The notes beneath the pieces are model-generated. The model was not told the DNA's origin and did no database searches. It saw nothing but the letters and a program-made list of their open reading frames with translations. Shown here in pieces: positions 14,480 through 43,460 of a stretch of 64,000 bases of DNA. The position numbers and the translations under genes were made by a program. Numbering within the stretch: position 1 is the first letter of the stretch; every line of letters starts with the position of its first letter. The DNA comes from a bacterium (GTDB taxonomy: Bacteria; UBA8248). The DNA lies in contig CBDBZY010000064.1 in NCBI GenBank assembly GCA_965213685.1, forward strand, positions 576,001-640,000. Direction: 5' to 3'.

Positions 14480-15270
14480 CAATTGTGGAAGGGGACATAG
14501 GGATTGCATAAAAAAGAATGGAGAGAAGACCCCTGGATGCAGAGCACACACTATAATGCACTGAGTTTTACAGGGACAATGATGACAGGATAAGTATGCT
14601 ACGTCTGATTATACAAGTATATAGATTAAACAGGAGCCAATAAGCGCCGCAAAGCGGTGCCAAGGAGCGTCCAACACCTCATGATAGCGTGGAACAGCGA
14701 TGTACTAACCACAGCAGCCAGGTTATACCCTTATTTGGATCGCAGTTTCGTAATAGCTGCTACAGAAGCTACACAAGTGTACAACTACTATTGTAGTGAC
14801 TGCCCTATATGGTCAACAACTGAGAGGTCTTTAGGACATCGCTGTTCTCCATAGTTGGATGCTCCTTGGCGCCGCTTCACGGCGCATATGGGTTCCTGAT
14901 TTAAATTATGTTATGTAGGTATTGCGTCTACACTCAGTACATGCATTCACTTTAATCAACAGTTTGACGATTATGGAATAACGAACGCTCGAGAATATAT
15001 GAAGCATCATACATTTGTAGGGTGTGAGTGCAAGAGCAGGTGTTGTGAAATAAATATTGTATTGATCATGTGTTTCTGCTGTCTTTCCACACATACATGA
15101 AACACCAATGCAGTACTGTTCAACAATATAGGTCTTGTTTTGCATAATCAGTCATACCGTACTTGTCCTGTCATCATTGTTCCCGTGAAACTCGGTGCAT
15201 TATAGTGTGTGTTCTGCATCTGGGTCTTGTCTTCATTCTTTTCATCAATCTTTACATCCCTTCCACAATT
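14480..15270. mobile_element. Degenerate foldback/MITE
   Basis: 14530-14675 is the imperfect reverse complement of 14853-14905 plus 15140-15230. Confidence 0.55.
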
Positions 15271-15669
15271 TACATTTTTCATTCACTGTAAATGATGTAA
15301 GTCTGATGGTAGATCAAATCTTTCTGCATAATTATGATGATGAATCCAAAAACGAATATGTCACTTTATTTGGATTACTGTTACAGCTGTCGGAGTGTGT
15401 CCTTGTCCGATAGTTGATCATTCACTATGTCCATGTATAACAGTTACTATAGCTCTTGCATGATATGTGTACTATTCGCACTGGCCTAATTTACACGTTT
15501 TACTCAAGCCACCTTAAGCCAATCAATAGTTTTGTACAGTCTGTTGTACACTAAAGTGCACTACATTGATATGAATAGAGGTCATAAAGCTCACATCATT
15601 ACCACATCATTGAAAACATGTAAAATGTCACAATTGAAAAAACTACATCAGTAAGGTAATTAACTACTC

Positions 15670-18600
15670 CTAGTGGCACTGTACTAAACAAAAGAGTGCA
15701 AACATACTTTCATCCATATCTTTACAGTGACATGATGTGATCTGATTTGTCGACTTATACATGCAGAGCACCAATGGCTGGCGTGCCCATTGAATGTGGC
15801 ACCATATCCCTCTATGAATCCAATCCTCCATAGTAACCTCTTCTTCCTTCGGGCTTAATAACATAAATGATCTGTTTTCTGTAGTGAGGTTGGTAGTTAT
15901 CTTTACATACTCTTTGCGCCCGAAATACAATAGGGGGTTCCACCACCGAGCCATTCTTCCACTAGTAACATAAGCATCGACATTGCCTATATCAAATCTC
16001 TTAATAACAAATTCATTGGGAAGGTGTTTACTTGTTGGCTCAATACAGAATGGAGTTGCCGAATCTTTGTTAGTTGTTCCTTCAATTATTCCTTCTTCAT
16101 TCACCATCAGAAACATTGGTTCATGAAATGAACCACACTTAATGAAGAAAGGTCCTGTAGCTGAAATTGATGGATTGATGGATATAAGTACCATGTTTAT
16201 GCTAAGCCTTTTACATAATGGTACACTACAAAAAGAGATGGGTAGTTTAACCTTGCTGAGGTTATCTCAGTTGCAGCTGAATGACATCATGTCACCCCCC
16301 ACACTGGGTTATTTCTCCTATACTCTTGAGACCGAAGGCATGTGGGCAATATGTAGGGTGTCTCCAAAATAGCCACGTATGTGAGTAAATGGGTGTAGTA
16401 AACGTAATTGTGTGTTATGACAGGAATTTGACAGGGGATGGGTAAACAGCCCATGATGGGTGGTCACTCCCCTGTCTTGCTCAGTGGACTAATTGGCTGT
16501 CATATATTCTACTGCTCAATCCCTTATATTTCTTGTGAGATGTCCTACACACCTCAGTATACCTCTGTTCAAGGCCAAGTGCTGAGGGAACAATTGTGTG
16601 AACATACTTATTGGTTAAAATAATCATGAAGTTTTTGCAGTATATAAAGTATGAAAAACATTTTCCAAAAATGTATAGGAATGTAGGGATGGCAGTGCCA
16701 AAAACCACACAAACTAGACATATGGATGGCAGTGTGCAGGCAACACAGATGACTACACAAGTAACCCCATCCCTACATCATTTTTCATTTTTGTTATCCA
16801 CCCAAAGCTTTTTCCAGTACTCTGACAACAAAGCTTAGATACACGTTCTATTTAGAAAAATGATGTAGGGATGGGATTACTTGTGTAGTCATCTGTGTTA
16901 CCTGCACACTGCCATCCATATATCTAGTTTGTGTGGTCTTTGGCACTGCCATCCCTACATTCCTATACATTTTTGGAAAATGTTTTTCATACTTGTTTGT
17001 GTGCCCTTTTGTTGTACCACACTACCATACAGGAGGTTGTCTCTCTCTAAGTTTAGTACCAACACCTTTAGTATGCATATTAGTGTGCACTAATATGTAT
17101 GCATATTAGTGCTACTCTAAGTTGGGAAGCCAGTATCAGTGGCTTCCAAGTACGACCCGGCAGATTATATAACTGTTCACCACTGTGACAGTTTGCTAAG
17201 ATTTCGTTTCCTACTCGGAAGTGAAACTCAGTGATGCAATCTTGGGGGCGTACCGTTTGGTAAAAAATCGCTGGAACAATGCCGCTTGGTGCTCAGAGGG
17301 GAACACGAGCATCCCCTCCAAGAAAGCTTTTGTAGGCCTATGTATACGCACAATTGGTTGTTGGACGCCATCCGTACACGAACAGTCCGACTCTGAAACA
17401 ACAGTGAAGTAAGATACTGCTGAAACAGGCTACTCTGTGCTGGGGAGAAATTACTAGGCCGTGGCTTCAAGCGATTGTGCACGAGCGCGAGCACGCGAGG
17501 CGGGCGGCCCTCACATGCTTGCAATTTGTGTCACGTGACAATTATTAGAAAATGGCTCCCAAATATGGGCATGTTGTCCATGCTTCTACTTTCTGCTTAT
17601 TTGAGAAGATGCTAAGATGCCGTTAAGGCAGATCATACACCGTAGTGATTACAGTTGATCTGTAAAGAACTGAGGTAATTACCTCTGCCAGTTTCGAGAA
17701 AAGTCATTTGAAAGAAATCTCTTAAGAAGAAGAAGAAGAAGAAGAATTAGAAAGAAAAAGAAATCACCACTTCACCCGTTTCCTGCCGGTAAGCCTAGGG
17801 ATACATTTAAGCTACTTGGGGGCTATCATTGAGTAGAGAAACGTTCGAATAGGAGAGCTAGTGGTCTAGAAAGGCTTAGAACATGAGCGTTCACGAGTTA
17901 AGACGGCTTTCCAATGTACGCACACTATGGGTGGGTCGGAGCCATCCCTACATAGAGAGTCTACCGACTCTCTGATACAGTATTTCTTTTAGGAATGTGG
18001 TCAGGGGAGAACTCACTGAATACAAATTATTAGGCAGTAAGTAATGGATGCACGTGTACAATGTATACATCCAAAGGGAGGTTAAAGGTGCAGAAAGATG
18101 TAAGAATGGCAGTGCCAAGAACAACACAAACTAGGTGTAGCTGTGGTATGCATGCAAGCAAGGCAGGACATACAAAAAAAAAAAAAGTAGCCACATCCCT
18201 ATACCAGATGCTTCATACAAAGCATCCTTCTGCATAACAATAAGACTTTGCTGGTTTTGGTGGTATTATCTCATGAAATGGAGCTAATGTCCTATTTTTC
18301 TTGCTTGCACACCGCCATCCTGGGCTGTTTTGTTTTGGCACTGCCATCCCTACTACCCCCTACGTGCTTGGAAAAAGCTATTTTTTTAAATACTTGGTTG
18401 AGTAGGTTTGTACAAGTAGAATGTTGGGCATTGTGGGGTGAGCGTGAGCATGGTGAATGTTTTGTAAAACAACTCATACCAAGCAACTGTGTTTGTGATA
18501 TATAAATCATTCAACGCAGAATACTGGAAAAGGGACATAGGGGTTGGGTTCAGATGAGTAGAGTTCAATGAGGGCTTTCGAATGATATGCCCATCTACAT

Positions 18601-21600
18601 GTAGATGATTGCAGCGGAGTAAGGTTCCTTTCCAGGTATCATACTGGATTTTATACGGAGATCTCCATAAGGAAACCTCATAAGTGAGTGTTGGCATGTG
18701 TGCCGAAATTGCGTTTATGATGCCTGTCCACTGCGTTCTTGTTAGGTGCAGGGTAAAAGCTGCACCCGAAATTACAGGATCTCACTCTTACGTCACCGCA
18801 TTAGGGCTCCGCTGCCGTATGCCCTCTGTAGCTTAGAAGCTAAGCTGTTCACGTTAGTTACGAAACACACTCGCACACATGCCATTAGTCTGACAAGCTA
18901 GTCGCTTTTTATTGTCTGCAAGCTGCCAATCAACACCGAAGCGCCACCATGCCTAGTTGCAAAGTAGTCTTGTGCGTTCACGGAATATGGTCTGGTTCAC
19001 AAGACTAGTTGCAAGGGTGCAAGAGTTGGATTAGCCTGCTGTATAGCCTTGTACTACAAATCTTGTACTACAAATCTTTGCTGCAGTACCCCTCAACTTT
19101 AACCGGGTAGTTTGCACATGCAATATAACGAGCGATATAGCTAGCAGACAAACTTTGCCAGCTGAGTATGGTGGCACTTAGCTACAGGGGACATACGGCA
19201 ACGCAACCGTAATGCCGTGATGTAAGAGTGAGATCCTTTAACTTCGGGCGCGGCTTTACTCTGCGCCACCTAGCAAGAACGAACACCATAGCGCGCCATC
19301 AGAGGAGGTGTGACAGGGTCACGAGGTTCACCTATTATGATCACGTGCACCATATACAATACACTGCACTGTTTCACCATAGATATTATACCTTACTGAA
19401 GGTATAATATCTATGGTTTCACCACCACGCCCCAAACTTAGATTGTTGAAAACAGTCTCTACGTGCTTCTGTTTAGTTTCAATGCTATTTTAGTCGCCGC
19501 ACCCTCCGAGTTCCCATCTGCGACTTGCTGTTTAAGTGAAACACCATGACCTCTGACCTTGTAAGGCAAGCACAGTAACTACAAACGGTGGTTTCACTTG
19601 ATAGGATCTTCCCTGAAGAAGACATCCTCTAGCTTATTTTCTCCACTTTCATCATCCAGATTGCATGCTTTAGCTCCACAGTAAAACAGTAAAATAGTTA
19701 GACGGTCTTGTCCAACGAAAACTAAGGGATTTAGAAGGCCTCAGATCCTTAGTAGTGCCCGAGCGTAGCGAGGACACTACAGCGCAGGGCAAGGGCTAGG
19801 GATAGGCAAAGGACAAGTGCCATTTAACAACCTCTGCTAGGGGTAGATCTAGACAATATGTAGTAGCCCTGTGAAGGGGCAAGGGCTAGGGGTAGGCTAA
19901 GACTTAGTCGTGTGACCGGGCAAGGGCTAGGGGTAGTCTCGTGAACCAGACGTAATCCCGCGGGGAATTACCGCGGGATTACGTCTGGTTCACGAGACTA
20001 GACTAGGGGTAGGCTAGGGACTTAGTTATGTCACTGGGCTAGGGCTAGGGTTAGGGGTAAGCTATAGGGACAAGTTCACCTATAAACCTCTATGAGCGCA
20101 ATGGTATCCGTGGACAAGACCTAGTGGACACAGTGGACACAGCAGACTGCAGACAAGTCTTGGCCTATCCCAAGCCCTTTCCTTGGTCGTGTGACAGGGC
20201 AAGAGCTAGGGGTAGGCTAGGAACATAAAACCGCTTTGCGCACGTGTGACCTTTAACCCTGTAGGATGTCTGTACATAACGGGACTCGAAAGTAGCGACC
20301 AGCGTTACTATTCAGCGTCTACGGTATGTATCAACAAATTCACCAATATACAAAATGCATGTACAATATGCACATGTTCAAGCATGTGATATGTAACAAT
20401 GTGGTAACAAGCATGTATGAACCTGGTTAACTTTACAATCTGGTAGCATCCCTGTTACAACCTTGTCACTACCTCAGGACAATTCCAATTCCAAAGTTGT
20501 TCAAGGTTGTCGCCAAGTTGTGACAAGCTTGTGCTGTTTGCTTGTTACAATCTTGTTGCAATGTAGTCGCAAGCAGCCAGACAAGGTTGTTACAATCTTG
20601 TAATTTCTATATGGGATATCATTTAAGAGTGGATGTCTGTACAACCCTGCCCCATTTGTGAAGTTTTGATTCAAGGTCTATTGATTGTGTAGATTGCCTG
20701 ATTCTGGCTAAAGTATGGTTTTGTGCTCAAAATCATTGTAAAGAATGGTATCACTATACATGCATTGGAATTAAGCTGACTGGTCACGGGAATTGTGGTC
20801 ATTGTTGAATTCATTATATTCAGTCATCATTAGTCATCATATCTTCAGTAAAGTACTAGGCAAGTGCTTTGTAATGTAAAATCTTTATTGCTTGTGTACA
20901 GTGCCTGATTCTGGCGACAGTATGGTTTTGTGCTCAAAATAATAGTAAAGAATGGCATCACTCTACATGCATTGCTGACTGGTCACTGGAATTGTGGTCA
21001 TTGTAATACATGTAGCGTCTAGGCGTGTGTCAGACTTCAACACGGTGAGGCATTTGCTTTTAATACATAGCCCTAGTCTGCATCCATGTAGTTTAATATG
21101 ACTGTACTGTGAGTAACCTGGGAACAAGGCTGCACCTATATACTGTACTAAGATATCGGTGAATGCCCACTGGTAACGTCGTCAGAAAACGGGTAAACGG
21201 CAAAGACGAGTGTGCTTACGGTGGCAATATACCCGGTAGTTAGTTTGTGGTTGGCCCTTGCCACCGGCTGCTGGCATTAGTTAGTTTTCTTGTGGCTGTG
21301 ACACCGACGGGTGGCAATAACTTGTTTTGCGGCAGGCCCCTACCACTGGCCAGTGGCAATAGTTAGTTTGTGGTTATGACACCGGCCAGTGGCAATAGCC
21401 TCGGCCTAATATTTTAGCCGGTGTGTTCACACATCATCCTCTCAGCTATTTTGCCCTTGCTCAACAGCTGGCTCACTCCCGCCCATCCACAAGGCTACAG
21501 TGTACTAGCCTCATCCCCAGGCTCTCCCCCGCACGATGTTGACAAGGACCTTGTTACATGGTTGCACATGTGTAACCCATGCCCATACTTCACTCCCATG

Positions 21601-22694
21601 TACTACACAATCACAACATTTCCTTGTCATGTGGCCCACAATACAGCCCAAAACAGCTGTGATGGTAATATTTGTAGTATTATAGAGTACAGTTTACATG
21701 GCCCTGCAACGTATGTAACAAAGGTCTTTGTCAAAGAAACAATGTCAGTCTAAGTAGCTTAGATGAGTGATATGATATTTTCTGCCTTCTATGCTTAGCA
21801 CAAACTAGCTGGCGTTACTTAGATGAAAAATTGGGGTTCTACTCCTTTATAGAACATGTATACAAGCGATACAAACTTACACTTTGGTAGTCCCTCCGAG
21901 CAATACATTGCAACAGCATCCTTAAGGGCTTCTGCTAGCTTTGGCGTCTCTTGCACCAGTGTGTAAATGGGGACCATTTCAATCTCAATCACAGCCTCTT
22001 CTGTTACTGAATCATCAGCTGCAAATGTACCAAATCTTTTCATTTCTTTTTGTTCGGTTTTGGATGTATGACTATGTTTGCCTCGTACTGTAGCTGATGG
22101 AGCTTCAAGAATGGGTGCCACAACACTGGCGGTCACTCCTGATGACATCTGAGTGGCTTGTTCCTCAGAGCCTTCTACTTCGCACTTCATTGCCCCTAGC
22201 GTAATAGCGGCCGTATAATGCGTGACAGAGTGCTCTTTTACATACCCTTCGCACGCCTTCCTTAGGGTCTGCTTGTATTCGGCGTCGTTTCTAGTGCTGT
22301 CGAAGTTTACAGCTTCACGAAGTTTCTTCTCGAACCATGTTTCACTTTCATCATCGACTTTAAACGCCACTGTACGAGTCTTCACCTTTGTTACTGCGAC
22401 TTTCTGCGAGTGGACAAGCTTGCGAGAAAAACTAGTATCCATACCGAGTTTCACGGTTTGGATAAGAGCACCAGAATTTCCTTCGGCCGAAAAAAATAGG
22501 TCCCTGCTCTTTACAGCTGATCTGCTATATTTCTCTGTCTTTGGCTCGCGTATCACCCATATATCATCCTGGGAAGCGCGGGGTCGAAGTTGAAAATATC
22601 TTTTACTTTTCCATGGATTGTTTTCCGTGGCGTTAAGTCCAAGACCAAGGCCGTGCTGCCATGCGTCTTCAAGGTCTCCCGGTGTTGCAGCCAT
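15670..22694 (-). CDS. MACPF-like pore-forming domain protein with C-terminal putative beta-trefoil; exons 22694-21881 and 16160-15670 (5' end uncertain)
   Basis: Exon 1 has GLGLGLNAT..NPW, THYTAAITLGA (MACPF signature-like) and EAVIEIEMVPIYTLV...LAEALKDAVAMY. The donor AAGT|GTAAGT (phase 1) joins the acceptor TTTCAG|CT in frame to TGPFFIKC...FLMVNEEGIIEGTTNKDSATPFCIEP...LFCLVQCH*. Confidence 0.72.
16647..17975 (+). mobile_element. Helentron/HINE-like element with 350-bp 5' foldback, (AAG)n and 3' hairpin
   Basis: Palindrome at 16647-16994; sub-TIR ATGTAGGGATGGC (16681) vs GCCATCCCTACAT (17941); (AAG)n at 17724-17745; 3' stem-loop. Collinear with 46814-45655 on the minus strand. Confidence 0.65.
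18735..19281. mobile_element. MITE with ~100-bp imperfect TIRs, containing a nested TAG...CTA mini-element (18965-19007)
   Basis: GTTCTTGTTAGGTG...CCCGAA...GGATCTCACTCTTAC vs GTAAGAGTGAGATCC...TTCGGG...CACCTAGCAAGAAC. The nested element is flanked by GTTGCAAAG / GTTGCAAGG. Confidence 0.65.
19378..19415. mobile_element. 38-bp CATAG...CTATG hairpin with 7-bp TSD (P-element-like mini-MITE)
   Basis: CATAGATATTATACCTT-ACTG-AAGGTATAATATCTATG flanked by GTTTCAC on both sides. Confidence 0.7.
19934..20000. mobile_element. 67-bp TAG...CTA hairpin element, 9-bp TSD (AcademH-like)
   Basis: TAGTCTCGTGAACCAGACGTAATCCCGCGG...CCGCGGGATTACGTCTGGTTCACGAGACTA with flanks GGCTAGGGG / GACTAGGGG. Confidence 0.75.
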
Positions 22695-23317
22695 GTATAA
22701 CAATAGCGAAGTGATACCAGCTGGGTGGCAACTACTTTCCTGTTTGACTCAAATGGCGAGATTCCCGACCTACAGTTTGTGGCGGAGAGAAATCGTATTT
22801 CCTTTTTAAAAGGGAGAAGGGCCGGTACACATCGTGTGCGCATGCGCCTAATTACTACCGTTGGTCCACGTGTTTCAGTAGGGACTCGGGAAGGGGGTTG
22901 TGACCTAAGCTAGAATTTGGGGAGCCAGAGACATCTTCATCTACAGCAGACCGAACGTTTAAGTCTTGTTCATGTCGCTGGACAGCTCTAACGTGGCTAG
23001 CCAGCCATGTTTCTTGCTGTTCGGTCGTGGAAGTCTCCGTCAACATTTGCTCAAGGGTTGCTAGTGGTGAACCGCTACGGCGGGATATTAACACGCATGT
23101 GCACACAGTGTGTAAGACTTACCGAGCTGCTTCGTAGATGCATACACACATCAATAGCCTAGAAAAGCAGTAGCAGGCTGACTGCACAACATTTGTGCAT
23201 GCTGCTGATACGTATGTGTGCACTGAAATTTCGTGTGACCTGCTGTGCGTTAATCCATCAACTGAGCCTGTGTTTCCACCTGCTGCACTAGCTTTTTTGC
23301 GTACGCACACACGCACG

Positions 23318-23348
<31 letters not shown>

Positions 23349-23419
23349 ACACGCACGCACGCACGCAGCCTCGCGGAGCCACGCCTTCTCGCATGCAGAG
23401 AAGGCGTGGCTCCGCTAGG

Positions 23420-26420
<3,001 letters not shown>

Positions 26421-26448
26421 TCTAATACCACCTCTTCACAGCAAATAG

Positions 26449-26655
26449 GACATTGTTCCTTTAACAAAGACCTTTGTCATGTGAGTTGCAGATGTATGTA
26501 AATTGTACTCTCATATACTACAAATGATATCACCACAGCTGTACTGTGGCCACACGACAAGGAAATGTTGTGATTGTGTAGTACTTGAGAGTAAAGTATG
26601 GACAAAGTTACACAGGTGCAACTCACATGGCAAAGGTCTTTGTTAAAAGAACAAT
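26449..26655. mobile_element. ~210-bp MITE; further copies at ~21537-21747 and ~47472-47690
   Basis: TIR ATTGTTCCTTTAACAAAGACCTTTGTCATGTGAGTTGCA / TGCAACTCACATGGCAAAGGTCTTTGTTAAAAGAACAAT. Confidence 0.75.
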
Positions 26656-26715
26656 TCTGTGTTTCTCCCTCCTTCTTTTCCCTACCTCACATTTCTCCCC
26701 CCCCCCCCCCCCCCC

Positions 26716-26769
<54 letters not shown>

Positions 26770-26809
26770 CATACAAACACACAGAGCTAGAAGTCATGTG
26801 TCTTCTTAT

Positions 26810-27386
26810 CAGTGCTCACGATAACGTCCGGTCATCGGACAATTTCCGGGTAATTATGCCACGTGACCGATCAATCTCGTACTTGCGCGGATAAAATGTC
26901 TGGACGAAAGCGTGTTGCATGCTCCTCGGCCTCCCTTGACGAAGGTCCACCGATGAAAAAGCACGGAATAACGGTGAAAAAAATCGACAAGTGGATCACA
27001 GAGAGCGACAAGGAGATTAGTACGTCGGCATGGCTTAAGTATGAGAAGGCGGATCGCGATTACGCGGCGACGCTGAGCATCGAGTTTAACGAGAAGCTGC
27101 GAGGAATGCGCAACTACAACCCAGCGTTTATCGTTGGTTCCAAGAACCTGCGAGCGTCTAGTTACTAAGACCACGCTGCTACCGACGTACACAAGCGAGC
27201 AATGTTTCTTCTTTTAAGAAGCAGAGCTCGAGTGACGTCACTGAATACGCGCCAATAGCCAAGGCCCTAGATGCTGAGATGAGGGTAGAGCATTTATGTC
27301 AGGACAAGACTGGTACTTGTCAGGTCAAAAGCAATGATGTTCTGACATTATGTCAGAGCAACTTGAAATCGTTATTGTGAGCACTG
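26810..27386 (+). mobile_element. Internally deleted hAT element (hAT5-like, 5-bp TSD) with ZNF862-like transposase N-terminal remnant
   Basis: TIR CAGTGCTCACGATAAC / GTTATTGTGAGCACTG and TSD CTTAT. The remnant reads ...KWITESDKEISTSAWLKYE...AFIVGSKNLRASS.(*)DHAATDVHKRAM. Confidence 0.75.
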
Positions 27387-28278
27387 CTTATGTACACATT
27401 CACACGTGAAAGAATGATTGCAAGTCTGATACATGCAGCTAAGTGTGTCATATCATTATGCCAGGTTACATGAAGAAAAGTTAGTGGAACACTGTGTAGA
27501 GACTTCTTCACGGTTTTTACATATGTACTTCTAATTCTCTGAATACGACCTGTACAGTATGTGAGCTGCATGGCTGTTTTGCTGTGATCATTACAAGTTA
27601 GATCGGTTAGTGTATTGTGGACCCAAATTTGTGTGTGTGTGTGTGTGCTGCTCCTATACCACTGTAACACTATTCACTATGGGCTGGATCTTTAACAGAT
27701 TCATTGCACAGCAAAACAGCCAATATCTAGGCCTGAGGGCTGTTTGCGGCCTAGGGAGTGGTGGTGCTCAATCATGTAGCTCCTTTGCATTGCCTAGCTG
27801 ATTCCTGTGACTGAGTTCACATGTACTTCACAGGGAGGGCATCATGTGACAGTCATGTGCATTACATCATCCTCCATATTAGTACATGCTGCAACTGAGA
27901 TCATGAGGGCATCATGTGACAGTCATGTGCATTACATCATCCTCCATATCACTACATGTACATGCTGCAACTGAGATCACCACTCACTGCAGGTCTGGTT
28001 GGAACTGCATAGCTAGTCCAGTAGGGGTGGCCAGTATTTACTAGCGGTATAGTAGGGGGCTATAGTGATGTGGCTGGCTGTGGGCATGTTTCCTCATGTG
28101 TGTGCAGAATGTGTTGTGTGGGGGCTGAGCTGGGAGGCAACTCTGCTGCTGTGTTGAGACAACACTGTAGTGATGTCACGGACAACATGGAAAACAACAG
28201 ACACGTACACACATGTACACACGTACACAACACATGTACACATGTACACACATATGCACACACATGTACACGCATACA

Positions 28279-28311
<33 letters not shown>

Positions 28312-28898
28312 GTACACACATAGTTACACACACATACAAACAGCATGCAATTCCACAATGCAGAAGGCAATTGCATATGACACGTGAGTGTCTTAAATTG
28401 CCTCCAGTCTCGGGTGTGAGGAGGTCAAGCCACCTCCATCCCATACCATACAGTACTGTGCACAAGCCTCAATGTACATGTTAATACACATGTGCATGTA
28501 ACCTGTCCATCATACCTGCAACCATGTACATCTGTACATGTAAGATATACTTATTTGGGATACTGTAGCTATATGTGGCTCCATTCTACAGAAAAAGCAC
28601 TTCAAACAGTGTCTTCAAACAAACTCTGAAGTGTTTACTCCGCCACAATCATCTTGAGGATAGCAATCTGTGCTATGGCAACGCTGGGTAGTAACATGAC
28701 ACTGTTGGCCTTGGGGACCTTTGTGCGATAGTGGGTATATAGCAGGCCATCTGGGCAGTGTGCATCAGTTGGGAAGTGAGAGCAGCTGCCAGAGGAGCTA
28801 GGAGGGGGGCTACTATTGGAGATTTCAGTCAGGAAAGAGGGAGCAGCAAGAGTGACTGAAGAGGGTGACCTGAGGGAGGGAGTAGAGTGGCCAGCACA

Positions 28899-41792
<12,894 letters not shown>

Positions 41793-42296
41793 GGAGACCA
41801 TTGTTTGGTGAGTCAATGTATGTATATAGATGAAGCCAAAAGAAAGAGACTTGCTATGTTATGTAGATCATATATGGGTGTCTGAGTAGTGTACATTTAT
41901 ATTGGGAACACTGGACTCAATCACTCCTTATCCGCTTTCCAGCTATGTGATGGAACTTACGAGTTTGTACATGTATATTAGGAGCTGAATAATCCATAGG
42001 CTCATTACATATGTCTACTTCCCCCCCCCCCCCCCCCCACACACACACACAAATACAGGCACCAACCAACCACAGCTACTAATTTCAGAGTGATTGTGTG
42101 TTCCTTCATCTTCTCAGTTCTTCCATGTTCCACTTGTACAGCCACTGAATATTCGCAGTGTTATATCATACCTTCGTTCTGGGAGGGCCTATTTATTATT
42201 CTCATCACACCTCCTACCTAAGACACTTCAATATCATTTCAGCTACATGTACATGTATGTATGTGTGATTTTGTGTGTATGATATATCACTCTTCA

Positions 42297-42347
<51 letters not shown>

Positions 42348-42654
42348 CAATTGATCCAAGTTTAGGGGTCTGCGTGTACAGCATCTGTACTTATTCTAAT
42401 TATGCGTGAGTAACAGTTCAACTTTTTTGTAACTATTGTGCTGAACTTCAACATAAGCTGGTACATATTATGTATTCTAGTGACACTTTTTAAAACAATC
42501 ATAATGTACATGGTGGACAATGCATTTTTCTTTACACTGCTGTACATAAATTACAGTTCAACTATTCCCTCTGTACGTGGCTAATGAAATGTTGGAGTGA
42601 TTCAAAAGAGAAATAAAATTCAATGATGAGTTGTCAAAAATGTAGTGAGAAAAG

Positions 42655-43460
42655 AAGGAAAACTTCATCTTCTGCGCTCAATGTACTGCACCACGTCTTT
42701 TCCCACGCCAGATTGTCTCTGCTCCTTGAGATGTTCTTCTCATGACTTGCTCTAATGTAGTCTGCAGGGCAGAGTACCTCCACCACTGTACACACATGTA
42801 GAATTATGCTCTATAACCTTCTGTGGATGCCTGATGAAATCCTCACTGTGGATATATCAATATCGTATGTGCAAACTCTAGACACTTTCACCACTGTTTT
42901 AGCATACCAGATTGATACAATAATTATTGATACTTCAATTCCACAAACATTCATTCCACTGTGCACTCTGTCTGACGGCCTTCATGTCATCTTCATGGGC
43001 AAACCGAGAGCACTAGTTGCTCTCACGTATATGCAACATAAAACAATTGGCACTTCAACAAACTGCTTTGGACCTGCTGAAATGTGATGTACTAAAATTA
43101 ATGCTGCAGAGAGATATTCTCTACTCTTGTCACTGATGACATTCAGCTGACGGAATGCTCCCTGCCAAGCTGTTGAGGTGTGAACTTACCTTTGTCTTCC
43201 TCACTCCTCCACCCACTCATCTGGATGGCATTGTTGTAGCTATTACTGTAGACCTTGCTGAAGAGCACACTTCTGTCCTGCAGTGAGCTGGGTCTGTCCA
43301 GCAGAGTGCACTCCTCCAGAATCCTGTACTTGTGGTTACAGGGTTTGGGTGTGCACATCCATCATGCTGCCAATGTTAATGATGCTGTGACCACTTTCGG
43401 GGTAGCCAATGAAAAGGATTAACTTTTCTATGCTATCCACTTCAGATTTCTGGGAGATCT
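42655..43460 (-). pseudogene. Decayed sulfotransferase-like gene, copy B
   Basis: VDSIEKLILFIGYPESGHSI..GSMMDVH; similarly broken by frameshifts and stops as copy A. Confidence 0.65.

Noticed and set aside
19786-20220. Telomere-like GGGCTAGGGGTAGG repeats
   Set aside because: Irregular, interspersed and not a TTAGGG array; more likely internal repeats of a TE.
22855-23106. Upstream coding exon of the MACPF-like gene
   Set aside because: Plausible, but I could not join it in frame without invoking a frameshift, so it is left out of the model.
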